From: an uncultured Methanosarcinales archaeon
GTDB lineage: Archaea; Nanobdellota; Nanobdellia; Woesearchaeales; ARS49
Direction of reading: 5' to 3'
Assembly (NCBI GenBank): GCA_964497645.1
Contig: CAZCCU010000002.1
Coordinates: forward strand, 3,525-67,524
Length of the DNA: 64,000 nucleotides
The notes beneath the pieces were generated by a model. That model was not told the DNA's origin. It did no database searches and saw only the letters and a program-made list of their open reading frames with translations. Below are positions 60,609 to 64,000 of this stretch, piece by piece. The translations under genes and the position numbers were made by a program. Each line of letters begins with the position of its first letter. The stretch's first letter is position 1.

Positions 60609-63600
60609 ATGGAAGATAAAGATTTATTGACGTGGAAGGAAAAGCCCAACACCGAGACAGAAGTAGATGCAATACTCAACCCAACCATCAAAAAATGGTT
60701 CAACAGCCGATTCCCAAGCTTTTCACTGCCACAACTCTTTGGAGTGCTAGAAATACACTCACGCAACAACATACTTGTCTCAGCGCCAACAGGAGCAACA
60801 AAAACACTGACAGGATTCTTATCAATCCTAAATGAACTCGTTGATTCAGCTGAAAAAGGAATCCTTCAAGACAAGGTCTACTGTGTTTACATCTCCCCTT
60901 TGAAAGCACTATCAAATGACATTTCAAAAAATCTGAAAGAACCACTAGAACAAATCGAGCAGATTGCCGGCAAAAGTTTAGGCATTCGAGTTGGCGTACG
61001 AACAGGCGATACAACCGCAACTGAAAAAAGCAAAATGCTCAAGAAACCGCCACACATCCTGATCACGACACCAGAAAGCCTCGCAATCATGCTCGCCTCT
61101 ATGAAATTCAGAGACCACTTGAAAAATGTCGAATGGTGCATAGTAGACGAAATCCACGCACTCGCAGAAAATAAACGCGGAACGCACTTATCTTTATTAT
61201 TAGAAGGACTCCAAAATATCTCAGGACACATGTGCAGAGTAGGTCTTTCTGCAACAGTTGCGCCAATAGACCAGATCGCCCACTTCCTTGTTGGAAATGA
61301 AAGACCGTGCAAGATAATAGACATCCAATTCTTGAAAGACTTAGACTTGAAAGTACTTTCTCCAGTTGACAATTTAATTGACACTCCTCACGGAGTTGCA
61401 CACCACGCCATGTACACGTTAATTGACGAATTAATCCAACAGCACAAAACAACACTCGTGTTCACCAACACCCGTGCGGCAACAGAACGAGTAGTAGACC
61501 ACTTGAAAACACGCTTCCCACAAAAATATATCGGCAACATCGGCGCCCACCACGGCAGCATGAGCAAGCGGATGAGGCTCGAGATAGAGGATAAATTGCG
61601 AAAAGGAGAGCTGAAAGCAGTAGTTTGCTCAACATCGCTTGAACTGGGCATCGACATCGGCTACATTGACCTCGTCGTATGCCTCGGCTCGCCAAAATCA
61701 GCCGCAAGATTCCTCCAAAGAGCAGGAAGAAGCGGGCACAAACTCCACGAAACTGTCAAAGCAAGAATTATCGTCATGGACCGCGATGACTTGGTAGAAT
61801 GCGCAGTCATATTGAAAAGCGCAATCGAGAAAAAAATCGACAAAGTGCACATACCAACCAACGCCCTTGACGTCCTCGCACAACAAATCATCGGAATGGC
61901 ACTAGAACAAGTCTGGGAAGAAAATGAGCTCTACAAGACAATCAAAAAAAGCTACTGCTACAAAGACCTAAAACGAGACCAGTTCAACCAAATACTAAGT
62001 TATCTTGCCGGCGAATTCGCAGAACTAGAAGACCGGCATATTTACGCAAAAATCTGGCGCGAAGACGGAAAAATGGGCAAGAGAGGCAAGATGACCAGAG
62101 TCATCTACATGATGAATATCGGCACAATCCCAGACGAATCATTCATCACAGTAAAAATCGGAACTGAAACAGTCGGAATGCTCGACGAAGGATTCGTAGA
62201 AAAAATGAAACCAGGAGACGTGTTTGTCTTAGGTGGAGAAACTTACATGTTCAAATTCACCAGAGGAATGGTGGCGCAAGTCTCAGCATCTGTTAACAGA
62301 CCGCCAACAGTCCCGCGCTGGGCATCAGAAATGCTTCCACTAAGCTTTGACTTAGCGAACGAGATAGGACGCTTCAGAAGACTGATGCTGGAAAAATTCA
62401 ACGCTGGCGAGAATAAAGCAACAATCATCAAATTCATCAATGAACACCTGTACGTCGATGAAAAAGCAGCCAACGCAATCCACGAATACCTCAAAGAACA
62501 ATATGACTACTGCAAAAAACTGCCTTCAGACAAGACAATATTGATAGAATATTATGCAGATGAACGCGACCAAAAAATCATCTTCCACTCACTCTTCGGA
62601 CGACGCGTGAACGATTGTTTAAGCCGAGCAATAGCCTTCGCGCTCAGCAGAACAGAGCACAAAGACGTCGAACTAGGCATGAACGACAACGGATTCTACA
62701 TCAACGGAAACAAAAAACTCAATCCGATAAAGGCGATCAAACTGCTCAAAGCAGACAAACTGAATTTAATCATGAACAATGCAATTGAGAAAAGCGAAGT
62801 CTTCAAAAGACGCTTCAGACACTGTGCAACTAGGTCGTTCATGATATTGCGCAACTACATGGGACGCCAAAAGCGCGTTGGAAGACAACAAGTCAGCTCA
62901 ATGATACTAATGAGCGCTTTAAAACAACTAGACAACAACTTCACAATACTCCAAGAAGCACGGCGCGAATGCCTTGAAGACTTAATGGACATTGAAAACA
63001 CAAAAAAAGTGCTTCAAGGCATCGAGAATGGGACCATTAAACTTGTTGAGATCGAAACAACCATACCATCACCTTTTGCGCTGAATTTAGCACTGCAAGG
63101 CTACATGGACGTATTGCGCATAGAAGACAAATACGAGTTTTTGCGAAGAATGCACGAACAAATCCTCGCAAAAATAGCAGGAAAAGAAGCAAAAGCAATC
63201 AGCGGAACAGCTTTTGTGGAAAAGTCGCGCGGAGAGAGAAACGAATTCAAAGAAATGCTCAAAAAAGACGCCTGGAACCTAAAACACGTGCCAAAATTCG
63301 CAAAAGCGGAATTAGTTCGCATAATTGACGGCGAAAGAAGCAATATTGATGCGCGATTCATCGAAGGATGCAAGAAATACGAAAAAGAAATCAACGCTAA
63401 CTGGCCGGACGAGCTCAAAAAGTTCCTGTTCACAGTACTCGAAGACCTGAAAACAGGAGATTTCAGCTACGAAGACTTCTGGACAGAAGAAACAGCAAAA
63501 GAAGAAGGAAAAGTCGAAGAAGAGAAGCAGAAGCTGTTTGAACAATTCAACACGGCAGCCAAGAAAGCAAGATTAGACCCGCAAATACGCTACGACGTCT

Positions 63601-63743
63601 ACAAAATGATTGCTGGCGACAAAGAAGGATTCAGAGATGATACCCTGAAATGGATGAAACAGCTCTTCAGCAAGACAGTTCCTAAAGCATGGGAAGATGA
63701 AATAGCCAAGTTTTTACAGAAAAAATTAAAAGAGCTGGCATAA
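60609..63743 (+). CDS. lhr: Lhr-family ATP-dependent SF2 helicase
   Basis: APTG..KT, SPLKAL.NDI, DEIH, LSAT, SLELGID, QR.GRSGH, GTIPD. Confidence 0.93.
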   Translation: MEDKDLLTWKEKPNTETEVDAILNPTIKKWFNSRFPSFSLPQLFGVLEIHSRNNILVSAPTGATKTLTGFLSILNELVDSAEKGILQDKVYCVYISPLKALSNDISKNLKEPLEQIEQIAGKSLGIRVGVRTGDTTATEKSKMLKKPPHILITTPESLAIMLASMKFRDHLKNVEWCIVDEIHALAENKRGTHLSLLLEGLQNISGHMCRVGLSATVAPIDQIAHFLVGNERPCKIIDIQFLKDLDLKVLSPVDNLIDTPHGVAHHAMYTLIDELIQQHKTTLVFTNTRAATERVVDHLKTRFPQKYIGNIGAHHGSMSKRMRLEIEDKLRKGELKAVVCSTSLELGIDIGYIDLVVCLGSPKSAARFLQRAGRSGHKLHETVKARIIVMDRDDLVECAVILKSAIEKKIDKVHIPTNALDVLAQQIIGMALEQVWEENELYKTIKKSYCYKDLKRDQFNQILSYLAGEFAELEDRHIYAKIWREDGKMGKRGKMTRVIYMMNIGTIPDESFITVKIGTETVGMLDEGFVEKMKPGDVFVLGGETYMFKFTRGMVAQVSASVNRPPTVPRWASEMLPLSFDLANEIGRFRRLMLEKFNAGENKATIIKFINEHLYVDEKAANAIHEYLKEQYDYCKKLPSDKTILIEYYADERDQKIIFHSLFGRRVNDCLSRAIAFALSRTEHKDVELGMNDNGFYINGNKKLNPIKAIKLLKADKLNLIMNNAIEKSEVFKRRFRHCATRSFMILRNYMGRQKRVGRQQVSSMILMSALKQLDNNFTILQEARRECLEDLMDIENTKKVLQGIENGTIKLVEIETTIPSPFALNLALQGYMDVLRIEDKYEFLRRMHEQILAKIAGKEAKAISGTAFVEKSRGERNEFKEMLKKDAWNLKHVPKFAKAELVRIIDGERSNIDARFIEGCKKYEKEINANWPDELKKFLFTVLEDLKTGDFSYEDFWTEETAKEEGKVEEEKQKLFEQFNTAAKKARLDPQIRYDVYKMIAGDKEGFRDDTLKWMKQLFSKTVPKAWEDEIAKFLQKKLKELA

Positions 63744-63753
63744 TACCACTCAT

Positions 63754-64000
63754 ATGATCGTTATTGTGGGCGCGGGCAAGTTCGGACAAGCAATCTCCAA
63801 GCTACTGGGAAGCAATAAAAACCAGCTCGTAGACATCGAATCAGATGGCACTTATTCTGCAGATACAGTTGAGAAAATCAAGAAAGCAGACAAACTGATC
63901 ATCTGCGTTCCCTCACCAGTATTCTCTGACTGCATAAACATGATATCGCTCATCGTAAACCCAGACGCGCCAATACTCAGCACCACAAAAGGGCTTTATG
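63754..64000 (+). CDS. gpsA: NAD(P)H-dependent glycerol-3-phosphate dehydrogenase-like protein (partial, runs off window)
   Basis: MIVIVGAGKFGQAIS Rossmann motif, ICVPS, ILSTTKGL. Confidence 0.6.
   Translation, partial: MIVIVGAGKFGQAISKLLGSNKNQLVDIESDGTYSADTVEKIKKADKLIICVPSPVFSDCINMISLIVNPDAPILSTTKGLY

Noticed and set aside
1..64000. tRNA, rRNA, integrase, transposase or provirus
   Set aside because: None recognised by eye; tRNAscan-SE and Infernal would be needed to exclude small RNAs.

Overview
Gene-dense archaeal chromosomal segment. Archaeal markers are L15e, archaeal TpiA, family-B DNA polymerase with a PIP box, Lhr helicase and BRE/TATA promoters. The bacterial-type grpE-dnaK-dnaJ, cspA, many orphans and large membrane-anchored surface proteins suggest a DPANN archaeon, probably Woesearchaeota (inference). 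The most notable locus (44.8-55.7 kb) looks like an archaeal polymorphic-toxin system. It has a 1679-aa exported subtilase whose C-terminus resembles a cholera-toxin/scabin-type ADP-ribosyltransferase, a tightly coupled immunity candidate, and a surface protein carrying the apparently inactive second half of a gingipain (C25) fold whose first half lies in the toxin. A convergent ADP-ribosylglycohydrolase closes the locus. Other oddities are a bacterial sigma-70-like factor under a TATA promoter, a family of modular palindromic (REP-like) intergenic elements, a palindrome-rich grpE leader, several unlisted small ORFs and a partial bacterial-type gpsA. No rRNA, tRNA, CRISPR array or transposase was recognised. 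All calls are by eye, without database searches.
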